A DNA stretch of 60,824 nt, filler included, from Desulfonatronovibrionaceae bacterium (GCA_046539845.1; 2 parts of 2 records of this genome joined end to end with filler, not necessarily neighbours in it); one strand, 5' to 3'; shown: positions 39,701 to 48,626, counted from the whole stretch's first letter. The notes: generated by a model not told the origin, from the sequence alone. Program-made: numbers and translations.

Positions 39701-40093
39701 CCCGGTCCCGCCCCCGGACTTGTGGATCAAAGCGGCATCCTTTATGGCCTCGAAAATCTCCTCCATGGAATCCCCCACCGGGAGGACAAAGCAGGCGGCC
39801 AGCTGCCCCAGATCGGTCCCCGCATTCATGATAGTCGGGGAATTGGGTAAAAATCTGTATTCGGTCATCAGGGAATAGAAGTCCCGGGCTAGGTCCTCGC
39901 TTGCATACGAGGACTCTTTATATTTGTCCTCCTCAGCGGCTATGCTGGAGGCAACCCTCCAGAAGAGCTGTTTGGGATCTTCCACGGGCTCGCCGTCCTC
40001 CCCCTTGCGCAGATATCTTTTCTTGAGCACTATTTCCGCATTCGGGTTCAGCTCCGGTTCGGGCAGATCTGAAGGGACAATGGTCGAATCCAT
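36737..40093 (-). CDS. nrdJ: class II (B12-dependent) ribonucleotide reductase, intein-containing
   Basis: FLPNSPT, ACFV, GGGTG, RRGANM, TNP|CGEQPL, CNLGSINL, TTIAPTGT and KGVTVYR motifs; C-terminal TSCPD domain and Zn ribbon. Confidence 0.95.
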   Translation of the reverse strand: MDSTIVPSDLPEPELNPNAEIVLKKRYLRKGEDGEPVEDPKQLFWRVASSIAAEEDKYKESSYASEDLARDFYSLMTEYRFLPNSPTIMNAGTDLGQLAACFVLPVGDSMEEIFEAIKDAALIHKSGGGTGFSFSRLRPKDSRVGSTGGIASGPLSFLRIFNTATEQVKQGGTRRGANMGILRVDHPDVLDFIKAKERDGDLNNFNLSVALTEKFMQAVEHNEDYPLLAPQNGKEKGRLNAREVFALLVRKAWESGDPGIVFLDRINRDNPTPKQGEIESTNPCVTRDTFVCTAQGPRRVADLLGREFTAIVNGRLFCSEADGFFSTGRKPVYSLTTKEGFRLRLTGDHPVYRAASVKRKTVQKEWVRAEELTPGDRIVLNDLRDFSGWEGKYGENEGYLLGLLVGDGVLKEDKAVISCWPRAEAANGDELPQNGIMQSALRCAHGLAHRQDFAGWQKMKNRGEYRLTLGSIKSVCLDLGMSPGNKRITPELEECSSEFCASFLSGLFDADGSVQGSFAKGHSIRLAQSNEDTLLAVQRMLLRLGIKSVIYQNRRPEGETSLPDGKGGRKNYAVRAQHELVISKSNMEVFARRIGFRDEDKSSRLEQVLKSYNRGLYREYFLATVDRLQPEGEEEVFDVRIPGANCFDANGLVVHNCGEQPLLPYEACNLGSINLACFYSPSSGDVDYEELKKTIHLSVRFLDNVIDSSRYPLQRIADTVHKNRKIGLGVMGWADLLYRMRIPYNSYEALSLGEKLMDFFQKESWSASKVLAKERGPFPAYEESVYAEQNFGPYRNATTTTIAPTGTLSIIAGCSSGVEPLFALSFTRQVMDGERLLEVNPYFEQALKEAQSYSPKLMQDIARKGTIRDMDFLDPQLREVFVTSMDIEPEVHLKMQAAFQKYTDNAVSKTVNLPNTATQEDIWGIYWLAYELGCKGVTVYRDGCKTTQVLSTGEGSERDEERARSGSRRVKDRPEIVYGFTQKVSTGLGDLYLTVNEVDNRPFEVFATIGRSGRSITAKAEAIGRLVSLALRSGIDVREVVSQLKGIGGEHPVFQKKGLLLSIPDAVAWVLENRYLDGEGVKSDFHDLNRPGCPECGEELIFQEGCFVCQACGYTKCG
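38126..39244 (-). mobile_element. intein with LAGLIDADG homing endonuclease (373 aa) in nrdJ
   Basis: Begins CVTRDT after TNP and ends NGLVVHN before CGEQ; block B LTGDHPV; endonuclease motifs LLGLLVGDG and FLSGLFDADG. Confidence 0.95.
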
Positions 40094-40209
40094 CTTGTTC
40101 CTGCTCCTGGTATTTTTCTTTATGATTCTTGTCTTGCGTCCTGGAACGGGACCGGAGCCGCCGGCTTCCGTCCCCAGTCGGATATATTGGACATGGAAAA
40201 CAGTCCGTT

Positions 40210-40392
40210 TTATAATGCAAACTCAGGGACGGGGCAAGCGCTGATCTCTCTACAAAGGCGGAAACGGCTTGGGAGTAAAAAGACAAACACCGCGATCAGG
40301 ATGCCGGCGATCACCTTTTGCGTCTTGCTATGCTCCCAATAATAGTGCAGAGGATCGAAAACGAAATTTATAAGCTCACAAATCCTGTCCAT
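40210..40392 (-). pseudogene. probable truncated membrane-protein gene (N-terminal remnant)
   Basis: RBS + ATG, then FDPLHYYWEH...KVIAGILIAVFVF (one TM), after which the protein-like sequence degenerates; resemblance to a longer family is from memory only. Confidence 0.35.
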
Positions 40393-40534
40393 AATCAAAC
40401 TCCCTTGCACGGGACATATCCGGAGGGATAATTTTGAGCAAGGGGCATAAAACAAACAAGTTTTGCCCCCAGCCAGAAAAGAAACGGCCGGATCCGATTA
40501 CAACAAAGAGACAACCAGGACTCAAATAAGATCC

Positions 40535-41299
40535 ATGCGCAAACAAAACTCATCGCCTCGCGCACTGGGCGAGGCACAGACCATAGCCGTAATCTCGGAC
40601 GTCCACGCCAATATGGAGGCTTTGAACGCGGTGTGGACGGACATTCAAAGACTCCTGCCGGACCGGGTCATCTGCCTCGGGGATATCGTGGGCTACGGCC
40701 CGGATCCGGAGGAGGTAGTCCGCTTCTTTATGCACCGGAATATCCCGACAGTGGCCGGGAACCACGAACAGGGAGTCTTGGGTATCGCCTCCCGCGAGGA
40801 CTTCAACCCCTTCGGACTGCAGGCCCTAGAGATATCGGACCGCCTGCTGTCCAGGGAAGCAAAGGACTACTTGTCCGCGCTGCCGCAAAGCATACACGAA
40901 GACGAGCTTTGCTTTGTGCATGGCTTCCCCCCGGACTCCCCGCACAAATATCTTTTTGAGGCCGATTCGGCCATGCTCCGGACGGCCTTTGAAGAATCCC
41001 CTTTTTCCTTCTGTTTTGTCGGCCACACCCATGACCTGGAGCTCATCGGCCTGGAGGACGGGAACCTAATCCGGGCGCCGCTCGCCGCAGGGAAAACCAC
41101 GCTTGATCGGGGGCGGTTCATAATAAACTGCGGTAGCGTAGGACAGCCCCGGGACAAGGACAACCGGGCCAAATACGCCGTATTCGACCGCAAAAAAAAG
41201 GTCCTGGAGATGAGGTCCGTGCCCTATGACTTCGAGACCACGATCAAAAAACTCATAACCCGCGGGTTCCCCGAGACATACGCCCGCAGGCTGCGCTAA
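40535..41299 (+). CDS. calcineurin-like metallophosphoesterase
   Basis: SDVHAN, LGDIVGYG, GNHE, VHG, GHTH and NCGSVGQPRD motifs. Confidence 0.92.
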   Translation: MRKQNSSPRALGEAQTIAVISDVHANMEALNAVWTDIQRLLPDRVICLGDIVGYGPDPEEVVRFFMHRNIPTVAGNHEQGVLGIASREDFNPFGLQALEISDRLLSREAKDYLSALPQSIHEDELCFVHGFPPDSPHKYLFEADSAMLRTAFEESPFSFCFVGHTHDLELIGLEDGNLIRAPLAAGKTTLDRGRFIINCGSVGQPRDKDNRAKYAVFDRKKKVLEMRSVPYDFETTIKKLITRGFPETYARRLR

Positions 41300-41352
41300 C
41301 TGCGGAAGCGGCCTTAGAATGCCGCAGGGACCCCGAACACACGGATCAAACG

Positions 41353-42693
41353 ATGTACCTGGGAAAATACAAGGCCACCGGCCTGCTTGGCCGGGGCGGA
41401 ATGGGCACCATCTACAAGGTGGATCATCCACGGCTCCACTCCATCATGGCCCTGAAGCTCCTTTCCCCGCGCGAGGAACTGGAGGCTGTTCTGGGGCGAA
41501 AGGCCCTGCGGGAGATGTTTACCGAGGAGGCCCGGGCCATGTCCCGCCTGGATCATCCGCATGTGGTCCCGGTGTTCGATCTGGACGAATGCGCCCGCGG
41601 CCTTTTCATGGTCATGCCATTTTACTGCTGGAGTCTGGCCTCGGTAATGCGCCTGGGCACGGAAATGGACGCCCCTTCCCTGCCCCTGCACGCGGAAACA
41701 ATTTTCACCTATTCCCTTGAGGCCTTGAGCGGCCTGGAGGCCATGCACGCAACCGGGATGATCCACAGGGACATAAACCCCGGGAATCTGCTTTTGACCC
41801 CGGATAACCGGGTGCGCCTAATCGACCTCGGACTGTGCAAGAAAGCCGGCGCTGTGGAGAGCACGCCCCGGGCAATGAAAGTCGGCTCCCCGTTTTATAC
41901 TGCCCCGGAACAGGAAAAAAATCCGGAAAAAGCGGACAAACGGGCCGATCTGTACTCGATGGGTGTGACCGTGTGCCGCATGCTCACCGGCTTCCTGCCC
42001 GATAAAAACGGCAAGCCAAAAGACCCGCCCCACCCGGAAGACAAATGGGAATCCTTTCTGACCCGGGCCGTGCATGCGGACCCGGACAAGCGTTTTTCCT
42101 CAGCCGAGGAGATGAAGCTTGAACTCGCTTCCCTACGCCGGGAATGGCAAAAAGCCCGGGAAAACACCTGCAGCCTGTGGGCCCCGGAACAAAAATCCTG
42201 CCGCTTGCGGGAGGATATCCGCTCCAGACCGGTAAAAACCGGGGTGGTCCGGGCGGATCAGGCGTTTGATGTGGACGGATTCGGCCGGCCCCTGCATTCC
42301 TGCACCAGCGTCCTTAAGGGCCCCGGGCCTGTTTTTGCGGATCACACCTACGGGCTTAGATGGTATCTGCCCCGGGCAAATGCTGCCATGCCTATGTCCG
42401 AGGCCGAATCGTGGCTTAGCGGTATAAACGAAAGGGAAAATGCCTCCTGGCGCCTGCCCACTGTGGATGAACTTCTGACCATAATCCGGCCCAAGAAAAA
42501 TCCATCCGACTATTGCCTGGCCTTTGCCCACGAACACCTGCATCCCCGGATTTGGAGTGCGGACCGCAGATCATTTGCCAGCTACTGGTGCGCGGATGTC
42601 TTAAACGGATTCATATCTCACGCGGACAAGGACTGCCTCTTGCATATCCTGGCCGTAAGCCGCACTCAAAATCAAACAGACGAAGAAGAATGA
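41353..42693 (+). CDS. Hanks-type Ser/Thr kinase with C-terminal DUF1566/Lcl-like domain
   Basis: GRGGMG, ALK, HRDINPGN, DLG, YTAPEQ and DLYS kinase motifs; C-terminal WRLPTVDEL. Confidence 0.85.
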   Translation: MYLGKYKATGLLGRGGMGTIYKVDHPRLHSIMALKLLSPREELEAVLGRKALREMFTEEARAMSRLDHPHVVPVFDLDECARGLFMVMPFYCWSLASVMRLGTEMDAPSLPLHAETIFTYSLEALSGLEAMHATGMIHRDINPGNLLLTPDNRVRLIDLGLCKKAGAVESTPRAMKVGSPFYTAPEQEKNPEKADKRADLYSMGVTVCRMLTGFLPDKNGKPKDPPHPEDKWESFLTRAVHADPDKRFSSAEEMKLELASLRREWQKARENTCSLWAPEQKSCRLREDIRSRPVKTGVVRADQAFDVDGFGRPLHSCTSVLKGPGPVFADHTYGLRWYLPRANAAMPMSEAESWLSGINERENASWRLPTVDELLTIIRPKKNPSDYCLAFAHEHLHPRIWSADRRSFASYWCADVLNGFISHADKDCLLHILAVSRTQNQTDEEE

Positions 42694-43829
42694 GAATCGT
42701 ACTCGCCCCGGATTCCTTCAAGGGCAGCCTGAACGCCGGGCAGGTATGCGAAATGGCTGAAGCGGGAATAAGAGGAATCCTGCCCGCGGCAAGGATAAAA
42801 AAAATTCCTCTGGCCGACGGAGGCGAGGGGACATTGGAAGCGCTTGAGTGCGGCCTTGGATGTAAGCGGATAAAAACCCGGGTGACCGGGCCTGTGGGCA
42901 AAAAAACCGAGGCCGAGTTCGCGGTCTGCGAAAAAAACTCCACCGCGATCATTGAGTCGGCTCGGGCCAGCGGAATCGGCCAGATAGCGCCGGACAGCCC
43001 GGATCCGCTGCGAGCCACTTCCCGGGGCACGGGAGAACTCATAAGATCCGCCCTGGACCTGGGCTGCACCCGGATAATCCTCGGTATCGGAGGCAGCGCG
43101 ACCAACGACTGCGGCGCCGGAGCGCTCCAGGCCTTGGGCTTTGAACTGCTGGATGACGCCGGAGAGGATATAGGCCCGGGCGGGAAGGAACTTTCAAGGC
43201 TCAAGAAAATCAATGCCGCCGGAGTAGATCCCCGCCTGCACCGCGTAAAAATCGAAATCGCCCATGATGTGGACAACCTCCTGCTCGGGGAAAACGGAGC
43301 CACATATACCTACGCACCGCAGAAAGGGGCAAAGGCAGAGGACCTGCCCGTGCTGGAGAAAGGCCTGGAACACTTTTCCCGCTTGGCAAAAAAAGGTATG
43401 GGTATCGAGATATCAGACCGGGTCGGCTCGGGAGCTGCCGGAGGGCTCGGGGCCGGTCTGCTGCTTCTGCCCGGAGCCAAGCTCATCCCCGGCTTCAGAC
43501 TCATTCGGGAGAACATCGGGCTCAAGGAAAAAATAAGACGTTTCGCCCCTGATATCATCCTTACCGCGGAAGGGGAAATAAACGCCCAAACAGCCATGGG
43601 CAAGGTTCCCTGCGGGGTGGGCCGAATTGGGCGGGAACTGGGAATTACGGTAGTCGCTCTGGCCGGAGCACTCGGCCCCGGCCACGAAAAGGCCTACTCC
43701 TGCGGCATAACCGCTATGTTCAGCATAGCCGACCGGCCCATGAGCATTAAAACCGCCATTGACCGCACACCGGATCTTGTCCGCGGGGCAGCCGCCCGCC
43801 TGACCCGGCTGATTGAGACCTGCGGGTAG
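42690..43829 (+). CDS. glxK: glycerate kinase
   Basis: MRIVLAPDSFKGSL, PLADGGEGT, GIGGSATND and GAAGGLG motifs; ATGA overlap with the kinase stop. Confidence 0.93.
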   Translation: MRIVLAPDSFKGSLNAGQVCEMAEAGIRGILPAARIKKIPLADGGEGTLEALECGLGCKRIKTRVTGPVGKKTEAEFAVCEKNSTAIIESARASGIGQIAPDSPDPLRATSRGTGELIRSALDLGCTRIILGIGGSATNDCGAGALQALGFELLDDAGEDIGPGGKELSRLKKINAAGVDPRLHRVKIEIAHDVDNLLLGENGATYTYAPQKGAKAEDLPVLEKGLEHFSRLAKKGMGIEISDRVGSGAAGGLGAGLLLLPGAKLIPGFRLIRENIGLKEKIRRFAPDIILTAEGEINAQTAMGKVPCGVGRIGRELGITVVALAGALGPGHEKAYSCGITAMFSIADRPMSIKTAIDRTPDLVRGAAARLTRLIETCG

Positions 43830-43987
43830 GAATTGACGCCAAAAGGCTTTCTTTGGGAAATTTAAGGGCGTTGCCTAAAGCAGGGTGCCCCAAAAGCCCG
43901 CATCAGTCGTTGCCGAACCAGTTATGCATAGATTGAGTAGGTCCTACCCAGCAGAGACAGCACAATATCTGAGGTCAATCCTTCGCC

Positions 43988-44015
43988 GTGACATGATATT
44001 AAATGGTGATATCAT
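43988..44015 (+). promoter_or_regulatory. hicAB promoter with overlapping operator palindrome
   Basis: GTGACA-16 nt-TATCAT; inverted repeat ATGATAT-N9-ATATCAT (43993-44015). Confidence 0.55.
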
Positions 44016-44021
44016 ATTTCC

Positions 44022-44276
44022 ATGAATAAAAAACAGCGCCAGATACTTGAACGGATTCTGGAACAGCCTGTCCGGTCCGATATTCCATGGTCGGATATTG
44101 AAAAACTGTTTCGTGCACTGGGTGCTGACCTATCAGAAGGAAGAGGTTCACGCGTCCGTGTGGCTCTGGAAGACGTGAAGGCCATTTTTCATAGTCCTCA
44201 CCCGGAGCGGTTGGGGAATCAAGCCACCATTCGTGCAGTACGGCGATTTTTAAAAGAAGCGGGGGTAAAACGATAA
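44022..44276 (+). CDS. hicA: HicA family toxin
   Basis: WSDIEKLF...GRGSRVRV...FHSPHP HicA pattern. Confidence 0.9.
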   Translation: MNKKQRQILERILEQPVRSDIPWSDIEKLFRALGADLSEGRGSRVRVALEDVKAIFHSPHPERLGNQATIRAVRRFLKEAGVKR

Positions 44277-44623
44277 TGGAATACAAAAGTTATTCAGCCA
44301 AAGTCGAATTCGATGAAAGTGCCAATATTTTCCATGGCGAAGTCATAAATCTTCGGGATGTCATAACATTTGAAGGGGAAACTGTAGAACAATTGCGTCA
44401 GGCTTTTCAGGATTCGGTCGATGATTATCTGGAATTCTGTGCTGAGAGGGGTGAAAGTCCGGAGAAACCTTATTCCGGAAAATTTGTCGTTCGTGTTGAG
44501 CCGGAACTGCATAAACGTCTGGCAATTGAAGCCCATAAAAGAGGCGTGAGTATCAATGCCCTTGTGGGCGAGGCATTGTCACAAAAAATGGATGCATCCA
44601 CCCAGCAAGGGCATTCACACTGA
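44276..44623 (+). CDS. hicB: HicB family antitoxin
   Basis: FHGEVINLRDVITFEG, SVDDYL and PEKPYSGKF...PELH RHH tail. Confidence 0.92.
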   Translation: MEYKSYSAKVEFDESANIFHGEVINLRDVITFEGETVEQLRQAFQDSVDDYLEFCAERGESPEKPYSGKFVVRVEPELHKRLAIEAHKRGVSINALVGEALSQKMDASTQQGHSH

Positions 44624-44685
44624 CCGAAAAGTCTGAAGGGGTTTTGGAAAATAATGCCCGGCTTTAAACGCTTCAGGTTTCAAGT

Positions 44686-44802
44686 CCGATCCACGCAGTA
44701 TGGGGCATACCCAAAGGCGAGAAAAGTCCAGCCGTTCTTGTCACCGCCTACAGGCCCGACCCCGCACAATGGACTAATAATTTCAGGAGACGAAAGCAAT
44801 GA
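44686..44802 (+). pseudogene. 5'-truncated DUF4258-like (putative toxin) gene remnant
   Basis: Hand translation PIHAVWGIPKGEKSPAVLVTAYRPDPAQWTNNFRRRKQ*; in-frame TAA upstream at 44665 and no start codon; TGA overlaps the next ATG. Confidence 0.7.
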
Positions 44803-45014
44803 ATACAAGGCACTCAACCAAGCTCGTGCACGAGGGGAACTACGTGGCTGAAGTCGATGTTGTGTTGACCGATTCAGACACAAGCTGGTCGCCTTACCTT
44901 TCCCTCGACGACGCCTACCGCCTCGACGAGGTTCGTTCAGCGCTTCGTCGCGGAGACATTAAGAGAGCCAGCAGCCTTGCTCGGGTCTACGAGTTGAAGC
45001 CCGTTGCGTCATGA
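44799..45014 (+). CDS. small hypothetical protein, likely partner (antitoxin) of the DUF4258 gene
   Basis: 71 aa containing KLVHEGNYVAEVDV...WSPYLSLDDAYRLDEVR; ATGA coupling to the remnant. Confidence 0.7.
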   Translation: MNTRHSTKLVHEGNYVAEVDVVLTDSDTSWSPYLSLDDAYRLDEVRSALRRGDIKRASSLARVYELKPVAS

Positions 45015-45048
45015 TTGACGATTCCCATCAACGCTGGACCAAAACAGA

Positions 45049-45870
45049 TCACCTCCAGATCACCTGCGCCGGGTTGCGCAGAGGCAAACGGTGATAAGCG
45101 AACTTGGGATGGCCGATCATCATCGCTCCGTAGCAGTCGTTTCCTTCGGGAAGGGGCAAAGCCTCTTTAAGCTGCGGGTAATTGGCGGCCGCGGCCATGA
45201 AATACCCGGCCCAGCAGCAGCCGAGTCCCAGGGTGGGCGCGGCCAGCTCCAGATAACTGAGGGCAATGGTGCAGGCCGGAGGAGCGGGCTTTATTTCCCG
45301 ATCCGCGTGGGCCAGAATCAGCATGGGGGCCCCGCGGAAGATTACGTCGTTGCCGCCCTCCCATCTGTCCACGGTAATATCCATGCGCATGGACTTTGCT
45401 GCTTCCGGCATATTTTTAAGCAGCCAGCGCATCCAGTCTATAACCATTCCCCCCAGCCGGACCAGCTCCTCGCGGTCGCTTAAAACCAGCCACTCAACAC
45501 ACTGCGAATTGTGCCCGGTCGGGGCGTAATGGGCCATGTCGATCAGCCGGGAAATACTCTCCTTGTCCGGAGGACGTTTTTTGTAGTTGCGTATGGAGCG
45601 GCGGGCGCGGAAGAAATGCTCGCCCTGCTTAGGCCCGGGCAAAAGAGAGGAATTCACCTCCGGGCACTTTTCCACTGGCATGTCCCGGTGGGTAAGACTA
45701 GCCGTGGGGCAGACCGCAACGCAGTGCCCGCATCTGATGCACAGACCGTTCGCCTCCGGAATGGGTTCCGGATATCCCTCCGGAGTTAGGCGGATAAGCC
45801 CTCCCGGACAAACCGCGGCACAAATGCCGTCCTGATTGCAGGTCGCGGTATTTACCTTTAACAAATCCAT
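45049..45870 (-). CDS. nitroreductase with N-terminal ferredoxin domain
   Basis: CNQDGICAAVCP, CIRCGHCVAVCP, RRSIRNY, APTGHN and LGLGCCW motifs. Confidence 0.92.
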   Translation of the reverse strand: MDLLKVNTATCNQDGICAAVCPGGLIRLTPEGYPEPIPEANGLCIRCGHCVAVCPTASLTHRDMPVEKCPEVNSSLLPGPKQGEHFFRARRSIRNYKKRPPDKESISRLIDMAHYAPTGHNSQCVEWLVLSDREELVRLGGMVIDWMRWLLKNMPEAAKSMRMDITVDRWEGGNDVIFRGAPMLILAHADREIKPAPPACTIALSYLELAAPTLGLGCCWAGYFMAAAANYPQLKEALPLPEGNDCYGAMMIGHPKFAYHRLPLRNPAQVIWR

Positions 45871-46887
45871 ATCTGTCCTCCTTTATGCCGGATAGAAGCG
45901 GAAATTCCGCCAGGTTTCATTCTAATAAGCCATTTAAATGGCCTTACTTATAAAAACATTCGCCTGCAAGCCCAGAGCAGATGCCCGATTTAGCTGCATG
46001 GTTAGCTTTTTCCGTTATCTATTTTCTATACTCCGTTTGCATGTAGCGGCAAAAAACTTTTCTATGCTGTGAATTCTACCCTCCCCAGCCGCTTTCAACA
46101 AACAGCTTTAAGACATCCATTCTCCCGCCTTTGCCCGGGCGCAGACCAATGCGCTAAATATCCCTTGCCCCGCACGCGGACAACAGCCCGGATTACCTCC
46201 CGGGCTAATCTTTTTGCCCTTTCTATTTTCATATGAATTGAATGATAAATAAAGGTACATCCATGATAAGAACGTCAACAGGGAAAGCGAGGGTTTTTCT
46301 TACACCCTGGTAGGCCTTGCCCTTGGGGTCCGGTTCTGTGAATTTGCCGCTTTTTTTGATCCTTCCCAATGATCAAAAAATAAATCTATGACCAGACACC
46401 ATTTCTGCCCCCGACCGGAAGTCTTGAGCTTTACGCAGCCTCCTTTGCAAGGGTCATTGCAGAAGATTAAGTTTGGATGAACCCTGCCGACCTCGAAACA
46501 GACTAATTGGTGCATCGCGGAATTTTTGCGGCCATACAGTCCCTATTAAAGATAGCTTTGTACCGGCTGCTAAACTTGGCTGCAAAGGGTACCGGTGTGA
46601 GGAAGGGGGGGGGGGAGGTCGCTCCTGATCCCGACAGCGATCCCGATTTTGTACTTTTAATTTCCGGCTAAATCGAATACTAGTCCTTTATTCTTTTACT
46701 CATCATATCGGGCATGCACATTTATTACCGACTGGGTGAGTTGGCAGCCGGAAACACATGCATTCCACCGATATGATCTGCGACTCAATCCCTGATAGGG
46801 GTTTATGGTCCGCTACCTTTCCAGTGGGGTTCGACATTCGCCGCCGCAAACCATCTTAATCACTGCATCCAAAGGGAGATTCAAATA

Positions 46888-47781
46888 ATGGGCGCGAGTA
46901 CAGCCCTTGTGGCGCTGGCCGCTCTTTTCTGGGGGTTATCGGGCGGGATCGGCGGTATTCTTATGGCCGGTGGTTGGGATGCGTTCGTGGTTTCCTTCTA
47001 CCGGGGCGCAATCGGACTACTATTCGTCCTTGTCTGGCTAGCGCTGCGGCCACACGGCAGTGGACTGACAAACGGCCGGTTATGGTTCTGGTCCGCGATT
47101 GCCGGTGTGGGGGTAGCAGGCAACTTTGCGTTCTATTTCGTCAGCATTTCACAGGGAAGTGTCGCGGTCGCGGCTACGTTGATGTACTGCGCACCTGTAT
47201 TCGTATACTTGGTGTCATTCGCTCTAAGACTTGAAAGCGCCACCGCGCTAAAGTGGGCTGCGATCGCGGTGGTGATGATTGGTATCGTGCTGCTTACCCA
47301 GATCTACGACATTGAAGCAAGCGGCGTCACTGCGATTGGTGTGGGGGCGGGACTTCTTTCCGGGCTGTCCTACGCGATATTCATTTTCGGCTTCAAATAT
47401 GCGGCACCGCACGGCAGCCCGCAGGCGATTCTCGTGGTTGCGTTTGCCGTACTTGCCGCCGTCCTTATCTTGCCCGGCGATTCGGGCCAGGCGGTTGCCG
47501 CTCTGAGCACACCGGATTGGCCGCTGTTCGTGGGGCTGGGAGTCCTCGGCGCAGGACTGTCTTTCGTTCTCTATATCATTGGCCTGAATCATACAGCACC
47601 GGCCGTGGCCTCAATTGTGGCCACGGTGGAGCCGGTTACTGCGGCGCTGTTCGGGGTCGTGGTGCTAAACGAAAACCTGGTTGGTTTGCAAATTTTGGGT
47701 ATGGGACTAATATTAGTCACGGTTACCGGGCTAAGCGTATATTCTAGCCCCCGGCGGGTACCTTCTGATTTGACCTACTAA
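46888..47781 (+). CDS. DMT/EamA family transporter
   Basis: About 10 TM segments in two repeats; LMYCAPVFV and VEPVTAALFG motifs. Confidence 0.9.
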   Translation: MGASTALVALAALFWGLSGGIGGILMAGGWDAFVVSFYRGAIGLLFVLVWLALRPHGSGLTNGRLWFWSAIAGVGVAGNFAFYFVSISQGSVAVAATLMYCAPVFVYLVSFALRLESATALKWAAIAVVMIGIVLLTQIYDIEASGVTAIGVGAGLLSGLSYAIFIFGFKYAAPHGSPQAILVVAFAVLAAVLILPGDSGQAVAALSTPDWPLFVGLGVLGAGLSFVLYIIGLNHTAPAVASIVATVEPVTAALFGVVVLNENLVGLQILGMGLILVTVTGLSVYSSPRRVPSDLTY

Positions 47782-47900
47782 ATAACGGATTAATCTCGAT
47801 TCCTGGACACAATAAATGTTTTTATTTCTAGGCCTATTAAGGCATGCAGCGTGCAGGACGAAGTCCCGCCTGAAGCTGTTTATCCGCGGGATTAACCTCC

Positions 47901-48362
47901 ATGGAACTACGAGCTGCTGAAAGAACAGATCTGTTTATCATTCTCCCTTGGATCACCAGCGAGCACGAATGCCGCATGTGGGCCGGGCCAAAAATGCGGT
48001 TTCCCCCGACCCCTCAGAGTGCATGGTCTGATATGGAGGCCTCCGGAGAGAACGCTTACGTCCTTGTTGATGCTGCCGCTGCACTCATTGGTTTCGGCCA
48101 GGTTCTCCCTCGGGATGAAAATATCCTTCATTTGGCCCGGTTGCTTATTAATCCAGGACTACGAAGACAAGGCCTCGGCCGAGAGCTTTGCCTTGCCCTC
48201 ATGAAAATTGGCGCTGCGAAACATCACCCCGAGAATTTCACGCTCAATGTATACGAATCAAATAAGGCGGCTGTTAGGCTTTATCTCTCGCTTGGGTTTA
48301 AAATAATAAAAAGGGGCAACCCAGGGGAATTGGCGATGATTAAATCGCTGACACGACCTTAA
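47901..48362 (+). CDS. GNAT family N-acetyltransferase
   Basis: PGLRRQGLG motif A and LNVYESNKAAVRLYLSLGF motif B. Confidence 0.88.
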   Translation: MELRAAERTDLFIILPWITSEHECRMWAGPKMRFPPTPQSAWSDMEASGENAYVLVDAAAALIGFGQVLPRDENILHLARLLINPGLRRQGLGRELCLALMKIGAAKHHPENFTLNVYESNKAAVRLYLSLGFKIIKRGNPGELAMIKSLTRP

Positions 48363-48626
48363 ACCCGGACAGGGGATCAACCAAGGTCCGAGCGGGTAGA
48401 GCCGGGAAAGGAGCTCAGCTGACCATACCCAAGCGGGAAAGGTATTTTCCAAAAAAAACTAGGTACTTACAATCATGTGCTCGGGTATTGCTTTTCCCGG
48501 GGCCAACCCAAAACCGCGGCAGCCAGGGCCCCGCAAAGCGGGTTGAAAAGCGCTCCCAATCGGAATATACGGGCCTCTTTCTCCTGGAGCGAGAAAAGCA
48601 AACCATTTGTGTACGAGGAGACTTTG

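Noticed and set aside
46300..46515. 71-aa minus-strand ORF and an alternative frame containing a TGA as a possible selenoprotein
   Set aside because: No RBS-supported start, redox motif, SECIS-like hairpin or recognisable family
46605..46615. Poly-G tract as a phase-variation switch
   Set aside because: Intergenic, about 270 nt from the next start, and not within an identifiable promoter
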